From Chloroflexota bacterium (lineage in GTDB: Bacteria; Chloroflexota; Dehalococcoidia; DSTF01; JACRBR01), in NCBI GenBank assembly GCA_031400455.1, contig JANNPX010000005.1, forward strand, positions 25,577 through 89,576: DNA of 64,000 nt, written 5' to 3'. Position numbers and translations under genes: made by a program. Numbering within the stretch: the stretch's first letter is position 1; each line of letters begins with the position of its first letter. Shown here in pieces: positions 26,190 to 36,000 of the stretch. The notes under the pieces were generated by a model. That model saw only the letters and a program-made list of their open reading frames with translations. It made no database searches and was not told where the DNA came from.

Positions 26190-27620
26190 ATGGTTGCGAA
26201 AGTCACACCGGAACTCGCGAAGACGGACGGCTACAAGTTCGGATTCAACGACAACGACAACGCCGTCTACTCGTACCGCACTGAGAAGGGGCTGAGCGAG
26301 GACGTCGTGCGCGAGATCTCGCGCGTGAAGAACGAGCCGCAGTGGATGATGGACTTCCGCCTCAAGTCGTATCAGCACTTCCTCGAGAAGCCGATGCCGA
26401 CCGGCTTCTGGGGCGGCAGCATCCAGAACTACGATCTCGACTTCAACGACATCTACTACTACGCCCGCGCGTCCGACCGCCCCGAGGCGGACTGGTCCGA
26501 CGTGCCGGAGTACATCAAGGACACCTTCGACAAGCTCGGCATCCCCGAGGCCGAGAAGAAGTCGCTGATCGCTGGCGTCGGCGCGCAGTACGACTCCGAG
26601 GTGGTGTACCACAGCATCCGCGCCGACCTCGAGAAGCTCGGCGTGATCTTCACCGACACGGACAGCGCGATGCGCGACTACCCGGACATGTTCCGCCAGT
26701 ACTTCGGCACCATCGTGCCGCCGGCCGACAACAAGTTCGCGGCGCTGAACAGCGCGGTGTGGTCGGGCGGTAGCTTCGTCTACGTCCCGCCGGGAGTGAA
26801 GGTCGATATCCCCCTGCAGGCGTACTTCCGCATCAACAAAGAGAACATGGGCCAGTTCGAGCGGACGCTGATCATCGCCGACGAGGGCAGCTACGTGCAT
26901 TACGTCGAAGGTTGCACGGCACCGACGTACTCGACCGACTCGATGCACAGCGCCGTCGTCTAGATCATCGTGAAGAAGAACGCGCGCGTGCGCTACACGA
27001 CGATCCAGAACTGGTCGACGAACGTCTATAACCTCGTGACGAAGCGCGCGGCAGCGTACGAGAACGCCGTCATGGAGTGGGTCGACGGCAACCTCGGCTC
27101 CCGTCTGACGATGAAGTACCCAAGCGTCTACCTGATGGAGCCCGGCGCGCACGGCGAGGTCCTCTCGCTCGCGATGGCCGGCGACGGCCAGCACCAGGAC
27201 GCGGGCGCGAAGATGGTACACGCGGCGCCGGACACGACCTCGACGATCATCTCCAAGTCCGTGTCGAAGGGCAGCGGTCGCACGAGCTACCGCGGCGCGC
27301 TCAAGGTGTACCCGGGCGCTGTCCGCTCGAAGGCCACCGTCCGCTGCGACGCGCTCCTGCTTGACGAGGAATCGCGCTCCGACACGTACCCGCTGATGGA
27401 TATCGAGGAGGAGCAGGTGAACATCGGCCACGAGGCCTCCGTCTCGAAGGTGGGAGAAGACCAGCTCTTCTACCTGCAGAGCCGCGGCCTCACCGAGGTC
27501 GATGCCACCAAGATGATCGTCAACGGCTTCGTGGAACCGATCGTGAAGGAACTGCCGATGGAGTACGCCGTGGAGCTCAACCGCCTGATCGAGCTCCAGA
27601 TGGAAGGCGCTGTTGGCTAG
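26190..27620 (+). pseudogene. sufB: SufB interrupted by an in-frame TAG at 26961-26963 (nonsense allele or sequence error)
   Basis: Both halves are in one frame and SufB-like ([48 protein letters not shown]); the TAG sits where the conserved Glu (GAG) of HSAVVE belongs. Confidence 0.8.
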
Positions 27621-27672
27621 TGCACTGCGACGCGGGCTCTCAGCTCGGGATGCACCGCCCACCGAAAGTAAA

Positions 27673-27696
27673 GTAGCTGCGGAGCTTCAGCTCCGC
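27673..27696 (+). repeat. GTAG-type REP-like hairpin
   Basis: GTAG followed by GCGGAGC-TTCA-GCTCCGC; related to 50726-50750. Confidence 0.6.
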
Positions 27697-27701
27697 CCGA
27701 G

Positions 27702-28991
27702 ATGACGATGACACAACAATTGCTCGCCCCAGGTATCCGCGGCATTACGCGCGACGACGTCGAGAAGATGATCGCGCGACAAAACGATCCGGCCTCGACC
27801 TTCAGGCGAATTGCCCGGCTGCGACGAGAGGCATGGGACCTCTACGAAGGAATGGATCTCCCTGATTCCGGCGATGAAGAATGGCGCCGGACGGACGTGA
27901 GAGCTCTCGACTTCGGCGAATTACGCACCTCTGAGCTAACCCACACCATAAGCGGCGATGCTGACACGGCTGTAATCAGCTCGATGAGCGCCGCCCTTGA
28001 AAACTACGAGGTCGGATTCGAACGATTCGATACCGCCATGTTCGACCTAGTCCGTCCTGATGAATGGAAGTTCCTAGCGCTCAACGCAGCTCTTTGGTCC
28101 GATGGACTGTATGTCGACGTCGCGCCTGACACGGACGTCGCACTGCCCATCACGATGATGACACGCGGGTTGACAGACGGTCGCGCAGCATTTCCCCGCT
28201 CGCTCGTCAGGGCGGGTAGAGGCTCCCGTGTACGCATCGTAGACGACTGCGGTTCCGATGACGTTCGCAAGTCCCTCGTAAGCTCGGCCGTGGAGATTGT
28301 GGTCGAGGATGGAGCGCACGTCGAGTACTACGACATCAACCGATGGGGTGACGGGGTCTACAACTTCAAGACCGTACGTGCCACCCTCGGCCGTGATGCG
28401 GAGTTCACCGCGATGGCCGCCGGCATCGGCAGCAAGCTGACGAAGATGCGCGTCGACGTCGAGATGCCGGAGTCTGGCGCGCAGGCGAAGCTGCTCGGCG
28501 TGACGTTCGGTGACGGCCACCAGCATTTCGACTACAGCACACTCCAGAACCACACCGGCAAACACACGATCAGCGACCTGCAATTCAAGTCGGCGCTGGC
28601 CGACTACGCATCGCTCGTTTGGCATGGAATCGTCCGTATTAACGAGACTGCGGGCGGCAGTGAGGCGAACCAGACATCCCGTAACCTCCTCCTGAGCGAG
28701 CACGCCAAGGCCGCGCCGATCCCCATCCTCGAGATCAAGGCGCACGACGTGTCCAAGTGCAGCCACGGTGCGACCGTCGGCCCCGTCGAGGAGACGGAGT
28801 TGTTCTACCTCGAATCGCGCGGCATCCCGCACGATCTCGCGGAGCACATGCTCGTCGAAGGCTTCTTCGCCGACGTCATTGACCGAATCCCGAACCCGGA
28901 AGTGCGTGCCCGCGTGATGGATGCCGTCTTGGCGAAAGCCGGCGGTACCGCAGGTGCGCTGACCTTCGATGAAGTAATGAGTGCAACGTAA
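27702..28991 (+). CDS. sufD: Fe-S cluster assembly protein SufD
   Basis: DEEWRRTD, FLALNAAL, NLLLSEHA, PILEI, CSHGATVG, LFYLESRGI. Confidence 0.93.
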   Translation: MTMTQQLLAPGIRGITRDDVEKMIARQNDPASTFRRIARLRREAWDLYEGMDLPDSGDEEWRRTDVRALDFGELRTSELTHTISGDADTAVISSMSAALENYEVGFERFDTAMFDLVRPDEWKFLALNAALWSDGLYVDVAPDTDVALPITMMTRGLTDGRAAFPRSLVRAGRGSRVRIVDDCGSDDVRKSLVSSAVEIVVEDGAHVEYYDINRWGDGVYNFKTVRATLGRDAEFTAMAAGIGSKLTKMRVDVEMPESGAQAKLLGVTFGDGHQHFDYSTLQNHTGKHTISDLQFKSALADYASLVWHGIVRINETAGGSEANQTSRNLLLSEHAKAAPIPILEIKAHDVSKCSHGATVGPVEETELFYLESRGIPHDLAEHMLVEGFFADVIDRIPNPEVRARVMDAVLAKAGGTAGALTFDEVMSAT

Positions 28992-29037
28992 GAACGGAAA
29001 ACGAGACGCGGGAAGCGGGATTGCAAGGAATCGATCG

Positions 29038-29346
29038 ATGGCGTTCGAGACAGTCGCGAAGTTGAGCGATACACCCCCCGGCACGATCAGCGTGCATGAG
29101 GTGAGCGGGGTACGTATCGCCCTGTGCAACGTGAATGGCCGCTTCTACGCGATCGATGACGTCTGCACGCACGACGGCGGCCCGCTCGATCAGGGCGAAC
29201 TCGAAGGCAATCTCGTCGAATGCCCCCGCCACGGCGCGCGCTTCGACGTCACGACCGGCCGCGCGATGACGCTGCCGGCCGTAGTCCCCGTAAAGACGTA
29301 TCCCGTCGAGGTGGACGGCGATGACGTGAAAGTGGATATCAGTTAG
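29038..29346 (+). CDS. Rieske-type ferredoxin (SUF-associated)
   Basis: CTHDGGPL and ECPRHGARFD Rieske motifs. Confidence 0.93.
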   Translation: MAFETVAKLSDTPPGTISVHEVSGVRIALCNVNGRFYAIDDVCTHDGGPLDQGELEGNLVECPRHGARFDVTTGRAMTLPAVVPVKTYPVEVDGDDVKVDIS

Positions 29347-29410
29347 TCAGCGCTTCAGCTAGTGAGCCATTGCGAACTGCTGAGATGCTGACCGGCTGAC
29401 GAACTGACAG
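29343..29410. repeat. Imperfect 8-mer micro-repeats forming a hairpin
   Basis: TAGTCAG/CGCTTCAG/CTAGTGAG followed by CTGCTGA/GATGCTGA/CCGGCTGA/CGAACTGA. Confidence 0.5.
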
Positions 29411-29416
29411 GCCCAC

Positions 29417-30667
29417 ATGTACGACACGGACCAGATACGCAAGGATTTCCCCATCCTCGACCGTCAGGTGCACGGCAAGACGCTCGTGTACCTCGACAGT
29501 GCCGCGACGTCACAGAAGCCGCGGCAAGTGATCGACGCGCTGGTGCACTACTACGAGCACTACAACGCGAACATCCACCGCGGCCTGCACACCCTCGCCG
29601 AAGAGGCGACCGCGGCGTACGAGGCGACGCGACTGAAGACAGGCCGATTCATCAACGCCGAGCATCCTCAAGAAGAGATCATCTTCACGCGCAACACGAC
29701 CGAATCGATCAACCTCGTCTCGAACGCCTGGGGGCGCAAGTTCCTCAAACCCGGCGATGAGATCGTCTTCACTGCCATGGAGCACCACAGCAACCTGGTG
29801 CCGTGGCAGATGATCGCGCAGGCGACCGGCGCTACGCTGCGATACATCGATATCGACGACGACGGCAAGCTGATCTGGGACGACGTACTTGCGAAGATCG
29901 GCGCGAAGACGAAGATCGTCGCCATCACGCAGATGTCGAACGTGCTCGGAACGATCAACCCGATCAAGGAGATCGCAGCGCTAGCACACCGGTTCGGCGC
30001 CGTCGTGCTGGTCGATGGCGCGCAGAGTGTGCCCCATATGCCGGTCGATGTGCGCGACCTCGACTGCGACTTCCTCGCGTTCTCCTCACACAAGATGCTC
30101 GGCCCCACGGGCGTCGGAGTCCTGTACGGCAAGCGCGACCTGCTGAACGCGATGGACCCGTACATGGGCGGCGGCGAGATGATCATGAAGGTCTCGTACG
30201 AATCGAGCACTTACGCCGCTCTCCCGAACAAGTTCGAAGCCGGTACACCGAACATCGCCGACGTCATCGCGTTCGGCTCGGCCATCGACTATCTCGAAGG
30301 CATCGGCATGGCGGCCGTTCGTGAGCACGAGATTGCGATCACGCAGTATGCGATCGACGCACTGACCGCCGTCGAAGGCGTCACCGTATACGGGCCTAAA
30401 GACGCGCGCGACAAGGGCGGCGCCGTCACCTTTAACTACGGCGAACTGCACCCGCACGACCTGAGCCAGGTGCTCGATCAGCAGGGAGTCGCCATCCGCG
30501 CCGGTCACCACTGCGCGCAACCCCTGATGCGTCGGCTGGGCTGCGTCGCGACCGCCAGAGCCAGTTTCTACATTTACAACCGGAACGACGAAGTGGACGC
30601 GCTGGTCGATGCGCTCGGCGCGGCGGACAGGATATTTGGACGTGCCCCAACCACAGCCGGAGCTTGA
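29417..30667 (+). CDS. sufS: Cysteine desulfurase SufS
   Basis: YLDSAATSQKP, NIHRG, EHHSN, DGAQ, SSHKMLGPTG, RAGHHCAQP. Confidence 0.97.
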   Translation: MYDTDQIRKDFPILDRQVHGKTLVYLDSAATSQKPRQVIDALVHYYEHYNANIHRGLHTLAEEATAAYEATRLKTGRFINAEHPQEEIIFTRNTTESINLVSNAWGRKFLKPGDEIVFTAMEHHSNLVPWQMIAQATGATLRYIDIDDDGKLIWDDVLAKIGAKTKIVAITQMSNVLGTINPIKEIAALAHRFGAVVLVDGAQSVPHMPVDVRDLDCDFLAFSSHKMLGPTGVGVLYGKRDLLNAMDPYMGGGEMIMKVSYESSTYAALPNKFEAGTPNIADVIAFGSAIDYLEGIGMAAVREHEIAITQYAIDALTAVEGVTVYGPKDARDKGGAVTFNYGELHPHDLSQVLDQQGVAIRAGHHCAQPLMRRLGCVATARASFYIYNRNDEVDALVDALGAADRIFGRAPTTAGA

Positions 30668-31121
30668 GCTGGACGAGCTCTACCGCGAGCTCATCCTCGA
30701 TCACTACAAGAGCCCGCGTCACCACCAGAAGCTGGCACGTGCCGACGTCGTTGCCGAAGGCTACAACCCGGTGTGCGGCGACGAAGTCGAGATGGAGCTG
30801 GCGTTCGATGGGGATCGCATCGCCGATATCGGCCTCATCGGCCGCGGCTGCTCGATCAGCCAGGCGTCCGGATCGATGATGTCGGAACTCGTCCTCGGCA
30901 AGGACATCGCCGAGATCAGGCGCCTCAGCGCCGAGTTCACGCGCATGATGACTGAGCCTGACGGCACCGTACCGGAGGATCTCGGCGACCTCGAAGCGCT
31001 ACAGGGCGCGGCGAAGTTCGCAGCCCGCGTGAAGTGCGCGACCCTCGCCTGGCACACACTGGCCGACGGCATCGCGCAGCACGAGAAGGGCGACGGCGTC
31101 GTGCGGAGGGAAGAGTCGTGA
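30642..31121 (+). CDS. sufU: SufU/NifU-type sulfur-transfer protein
   Basis: LYRELILDHY, NPVCGD, GCSISQAS, RVKCATLAWH; GTG start. Confidence 0.93.
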   Translation: MPQPQPELELDELYRELILDHYKSPRHHQKLARADVVAEGYNPVCGDEVEMELAFDGDRIADIGLIGRGCSISQASGSMMSELVLGKDIAEIRRLSAEFTRMMTEPDGTVPEDLGDLEALQGAAKFAARVKCATLAWHTLADGIAQHEKGDGVVRREES

Positions 31122-31594
31122 TACCAGTCAGGCGCCTCAATCACGCGGTGCTATATGTGCAGGATCTCGATCGCTCCGTCGAGTTCTACAAGACCGCATT
31201 CGGATTCGAAGAAATCGCTCGTGAGGGCGGCCAAATGGCGTTCCTTCGTGCCGCGGGATCGACGAACCACCATGACCTCGGACTGCTCGCCGTCGGCGCG
31301 AACGCGCCGCGACCGCCGCGCGGCTCGACCGGCCTCTACCACCTCGCGTGGGAGGTGGCGAATATCGAAGACCTGAAGGATGCGCAGATGCAACTCGCGA
31401 ACCTCAACGCGCTCTCCGGCCAAAGCGACCACGGCGCCACCAAGTCGCTGTACGGCGTCGACCCGGACGGCAACGAGTTCGAAGTGATGTGGATGATGCC
31501 TCGAGAAGAATGGGGCGAGTTCGACCGCCGTGGCATCATCGCCCCACTGAACATGGCGCGTGAACTAGCGCAGCACGGCAGCGCAAACGAATGA
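31118..31594 (+). CDS. VOC/glyoxalase family protein
   Basis: LNHAVLYV, HHDLGL, GLYHLAW, SLYGVDPDGNEFE; GTGA overlap with the sufU stop. Confidence 0.9.
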   Translation: MIPVRRLNHAVLYVQDLDRSVEFYKTAFGFEEIAREGGQMAFLRAAGSTNHHDLGLLAVGANAPRPPRGSTGLYHLAWEVANIEDLKDAQMQLANLNALSGQSDHGATKSLYGVDPDGNEFEVMWMMPREEWGEFDRRGIIAPLNMARELAQHGSANE

Positions 31595-31610
31595 ACTCCG
31601 CACGGCGGCT

Positions 31611-31638
31611 CTGTCATTCAGAGCGAAGCGAAGAACCT
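31611..31638 (+). repeat. Dispersed 28-bp intergenic repeat (copy 1)
   Basis: CTGTCATTCAGAGCGAAGCGAAGAACCT, 25/28 identical to 48455-48482. Confidence 0.75.
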
Positions 31639-31739
31639 TGCTCGATCTGCACGAGTCGAGTCGCCTGGCACTAGGGTCGGTACGAAGCCGTCTGCCCAAT
31701 TTAGGATCGCGAACGATAGCTACAGAGAGAGGTTGAACC

Positions 31740-32060
31740 ATGTCGGTTAAAGGTCTGCTGTCAGAAGAATTGGTGATGGAGCGGGTGAAGGACGTCTTCG
31801 ACCCTGAAATCCACCTCAGCATCGTCGAACTTGGTCTCGTCTACGGCGTAGACATCACCGACGACGGCGTCGTAACCGTCGAGTACACGCTGACGAGCCC
31901 GGGCTGCCCGCTGGGTGCCGTGATCGACGGCCAGATCCAGGATGTTCTCATCGACCTCCCCGGCGTGAAGCAGGTCATCGGCAAGCTCACGTTCTCGCCG
32001 CCCTGGGATCCGAAGACGATGGCCAGCGACGACGTAAAGATGCAGCTCGGCATCTGGTAG
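31740..32060 (+). CDS. sufT: DUF59/SufT metal-sulfur cluster assembly factor
   Basis: V.DPEI.LSIVELGLVY, TLTSPGCP, FSPPWDP..AS. Confidence 0.92.
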   Translation: MSVKGLLSEELVMERVKDVFDPEIHLSIVELGLVYGVDITDDGVVTVEYTLTSPGCPLGAVIDGQIQDVLIDLPGVKQVIGKLTFSPPWDPKTMASDDVKMQLGIW

Positions 32061-32074
32061 AGTCACGTGGTCGC

Positions 32075-32098
32075 GTAGGGGCGGGGCTCGCCCCGTCC
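32075..32098 (+). repeat. GTAG-type REP-like hairpin between convergent genes
   Basis: GTAG-GGGCGGGGC-TC-GCCCCGTCC. Confidence 0.55.
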
Positions 32099-32117
32099 GG
32101 TTTGCGCTTTCGCGCCG

Positions 32118-32678
32118 CTACGTCTCGACCACCACCGTCCGCACCGCGCAGTTCTCCAACGGCGTGACCACGAACGCATCGATCGCCTTCCCGGCGAGAT
32201 AGTCGAGAGCGACGCTCATCGCGCCGCCATGGGTGACGAGTATCAACTCGCGCCCGGGCGGTGACGCCCGCAGTCGGTCGAGGAACTGCACCACACGCTC
32301 CCGAACGTCCGCCCAGCTCTCACCGCCTTCGATGCGAAAATGTGGATCGCGCCAAAGCGCCATCGTCTCCTCGCCGATGTCGGAGTAGAGTTGCCCGCGC
32401 GCGTACCCAAAGTTCCGCTCGCGGAGCGCAGGCTCCCGCACGATCGGTAGCGCCAGCCGCTCCGAGATCGCCGCTGCCGTTTCCATCGTGCGGGCATAGT
32501 CGCTAGCGAGAATCGCTTCCGCTCGCGTCGTCTCCGCCAGCGTTGCCGCCACGGTGATCGCCTGCGCCCGCCCGGCATCGCTCAGAGGAATGTCGGGCAT
32601 CTGAAAGCGCCGCTCAGCGTTCCCTGGCGTCTCGCCGTGGCGTACGAAGTGCAGTGTGAGTGTGGCGGTCCTTGTCAT
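32118..32678 (-). CDS. Histidine phosphatase family protein
   Basis: VRHGET, ASD..RTMETA, LRERNFG, GES, LVTHGG. Confidence 0.92.
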   Translation of the reverse strand: MTRTATLTLHFVRHGETPGNAERRFQMPDIPLSDAGRAQAITVAATLAETTRAEAILASDYARTMETAAAISERLALPIVREPALRERNFGYARGQLYSDIGEETMALWRDPHFRIEGGESWADVRERVVQFLDRLRASPPGRELILVTHGGAMSVALDYLAGKAIDAFVVTPLENCAVRTVVVET

Positions 32679-32887
32679 CGGCGGCACGATAACGGCGCGC
32701 GCTTTACAACTCAACCCGGGTTCGTTCGCCACCGCTTGTCAAATCCGGCGGCCTGCTGTACGATCCCCGAACCCTTATGGAAGCGTTCTTCTGCGCTCGC
32801 GGCTACTTCCGCGTACGCCGGAGCAAGCGGGGTCGCCGTGGCGACCTCGTTGCGTTTTCTTAGAGGATCCAGATTCGTCCGTGTCTC

Positions 32888-32916
32888 GTGACACCGATTG
32901 TGAATTGCGTTACAAT
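32888..32916 (+). promoter_or_regulatory. gltBD promoter with an overlapping palindromic operator
   Basis: GTGACA (32888-32893), 17 nt, TACAAT (32911-32916); ATTGTGA-attgcg-TTACAAT palindrome (32897-32916). Confidence 0.55.
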
Positions 32917-33046
32917 TGGCAACTTCAAGGCACCTAGCGGGTATTGACGAGATCGTTCGAATCTACAGGCCCGACCAGGAATGGGACGCCTGCGGCACCG
33001 GCTTCGCCGCCGAACCCGCTGATGATCCCTCCGGAAGTGAGGAACC

Positions 33047-36000
33047 GTGCCGAATCCCGAGGGGCTGACGCCGCGACCCCTGCCATTCAGCGCCTTGCCC
33101 GAAGCGAAGGGTCTCTATGACCCGCGCTTCGAGCACGACGCCTGTGGAGTCGGCTTCGTCGTTGACGTAACCGGGGCCAAGAGCCACGACATCGTCGCTA
33201 CGGCACTCGGCGCGCTCTGCAACCTCGACCACCGCGGCGCATCTGGCGCCGAGGCCAACACCGGTGACGGCGCCGGCATCCTCATTCAGGTGCCCGACGG
33301 ATTCTTTCGCGCCGTCACGCCGTTCTCCCTTCCGGCCGGAGGCGCGTACGGCGTCGGCCTCGCCTTCCTCCCGGCGGACGTCAGTGCGGCTGATAAGGCG
33401 CGCGGCGTCGTGGAGGACCTCGCGGAGGAGCAGGGGCTCCGCGTGATCGGCTGGCGACACGTTCCGATCAACGCCGCGTCGATCGGGCCGACGGCGCGTG
33501 CAGTGATTCCCAGCTTCTGGCATTGCTTCGTCACCGACCCCGCCGGGTCCATGGGCATCGACCTCGACCGCAAGCTGTTCGTGCTGCGCAAGCGGACCGA
33601 ACATGAGATTCGCGTCGACCTGCCGATCTACTTCGCGTCGTTGTCGAGCCGCACGCTGATCTACAAAGGGATGCTGACGACCCCGCAGCTCGAGGAGTTC
33701 TTCCCCGATCTCAGCGACCCGCGCATCGAATCGGCCTTGGCGCTGGTACACAGCAGGTTCTCGACGAATACGTTTCCGTCGTGGCCCCTCGCGCATCCGT
33801 ACCGCTACGTGGCGCACAACGGCGAGATCAACACGGTGCAAGGCAACCGCAACTGGATGCGAGCGCGACAAGCACAGATCTCGACACCCTTGATCCCCGA
33901 TCTCGAGCGCTGCTTCCCAATCATCACAGACGGGTCGTCCGACACGATGAAGTTTGACGAGTGCCTCGAGCTCTTGCATCTCAGTGGTCGTTCACTCGCT
34001 CACTCCGTACTGATGATGATCCCTGAGGCGTGGGAGAACCACGCGACGATGTCCGAAGCCAAGCGCGCCTTCTATCGCTACCACGCATCGCTCATGGAGC
34101 CGTGGGATGGGCCCGCGTCGATCGCATTCAGCGACGGAACCGTGATCGGCGCGGTGCTCGACCGCAACGGCCTGCGCCCGAGCCGCTACTGGGTAACGGA
34201 CGACAACCGCGTGATCATGGCGAGTGAGTCAGGCGTCGTCGATATCGACCCGGCGCGCGTCGTCAAGAAGGGCCGGCTGAAGCCTGGCAAGATGTTCCTC
34301 GTCGATACGTCACTTGGTCGCGTTGTGCACGACGAAGACATCAAGGCCGAGCTCGCCGCCGAGCACCCGTACGAGGAGTGGTGCGAGCAGGGCTTGGTAC
34401 ACCTCAGCGACCTGCCCGACCGAAAGCACGTCGTCTATTCGCACCAGTCCGTGGTGCGGCGTCAGATGACGTTCGGATACACGCACGAGGAACTGAAGCT
34501 GCTCGTTGCGCCGATGGCCAAGCTAGGGATCGAGGCAGTCGGCTCGATGGGCACCGACACCCCGGTTGCCGTGCTCTCGGCTCGGCCGCGGTTGTTGTTC
34601 GATTACTTCTCGCAGCTGTTCGCGCAGGTCACGAATCCGCCGCTTGACGCGCTGCGCGAGGAACTGGTCACGTCGCTCGTGTCCACGATTGGTGCGGAAG
34701 GCAACCTGCTGGACGCCCAGCCCGACGCCTGTCATCAGATCGCGCTGCCATTCCCGATCCTCGACAACGACGAACTGGCGAAGCTCATTCACATCAATGA
34801 CGACGGCGACCGCCCGGAGTTCGCCGCGCGCGTCCTCCCCGGCTTCTTCCGGGTCGCCGGCGGCGGGGCCGCGTTGCGCGAAGCGCTCGATCGCGTGCAG
34901 GCGGAAGCGTTGGCGGCGATTGCCGAGGGTGTGCGCATCATCGTGCTGTCCGATCGCGATTCCGGGCCGGATCTCGCCCCGATTCCCTCGCTGCTGCTCG
35001 TGTCCGCGGTCCACCACCACCTCATCCGCGAGGGCAAGCGCACTCAGGTGGGCTTGGTGCTGGAGACCGGCGACGCGCGCGAGGTGCACCATATGGCGCT
35101 GCTCATCGGTTACGGTGCAGGCGCCATCAACCCGTACCTCGCCTTCGAGTCGATCGAAGACCTCGTTGCGCAGGATCTCTACGGGCTCGGTGAGGCCGAT
35201 CCGCACAAGGCGATCAAGAACTACGTCAAGGCGGCTGGCAAGGGTGTACTGAAGGTGATGTCAAAAATGGGCATCTCCGCGGTCGCTTCGTACCGGTCGG
35301 CGCAGGTCTTCGAGGCCATCGGGCTGGGACACGAACTCGTTGACGAGTACTTCACCGGAACGGTCTCCCGACTCGGTGGCATCGGCCTCGATCAGATCGC
35401 TGAAGAAGTCGCGCGCCGCCATCACCGCGCCTACGCCCCTCGCCCCACCGAGCTCGCTCATCGCGATCTCGACCTTGGTGGCGAGTATCAGTGGCGTCGC
35501 GAAGGTGAGTACCACCTGTTCAACCCCGAGACCGTGTTCAAGCTACAGCACGCAACGCGCGCAAAGCGATACGACGTCTACAAGGAGTACACACAACTCG
35601 TCGACGATCAGTCGAAGCGGCTTGCCACGCTGCGCGGCCTGTTCACGCTCCGCGAGGACGTGCGGCAACCCGTCCCGATCGACGAAGTGGAGCCCGCCAG
35701 CGAGATCGTCAAGCGCTTCGCAACCGGAGCGATGTCGTATGGCTCGATCTCGAAGGAATCGCACGAGACCCTCGCGATCGCCATGAATCGCATCGGCGGC
35801 AAGTCCAACACCGGTGAGGGCGGCGAAGATGCCGACCGCTACGTCCGCGATCCGAACGGTGACCTCCGGCGTTCGGCGATCCACCAAGTGGCGTCCGGCC
35901 GGTTCGGTGTGACCTCGGAGTACCTCGTCAACGCCGACGACCTCCAGATCAAGATGGCGCAGGGTGCGAAGCCCGGCGAAGGCGGCCAACTCCCGGGTTT

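Noticed and set aside
26900-26930. Intein in SufB at the HYVEG/CTAP site
   Set aside because: The site is contiguous and the total length is normal for SufB.
26961-26963. Genome-wide TAG recoding or pyrrolysine as the explanation for the sufB stop
   Set aside because: TAG is the normal terminator of many genes here (crotonase, etfA, etfB, sufC, sufB end), no pyl genes or tRNA-Pyl are visible, and the expected residue is Glu.
26064-27662. Long antisense ORFs (also 11846-13609, 35543-37459, 48387-49634, 1861-2862)
   Set aside because: They mirror well-supported sense genes; this is typical stop-poor shadow framing in high-GC DNA, with no family motifs.
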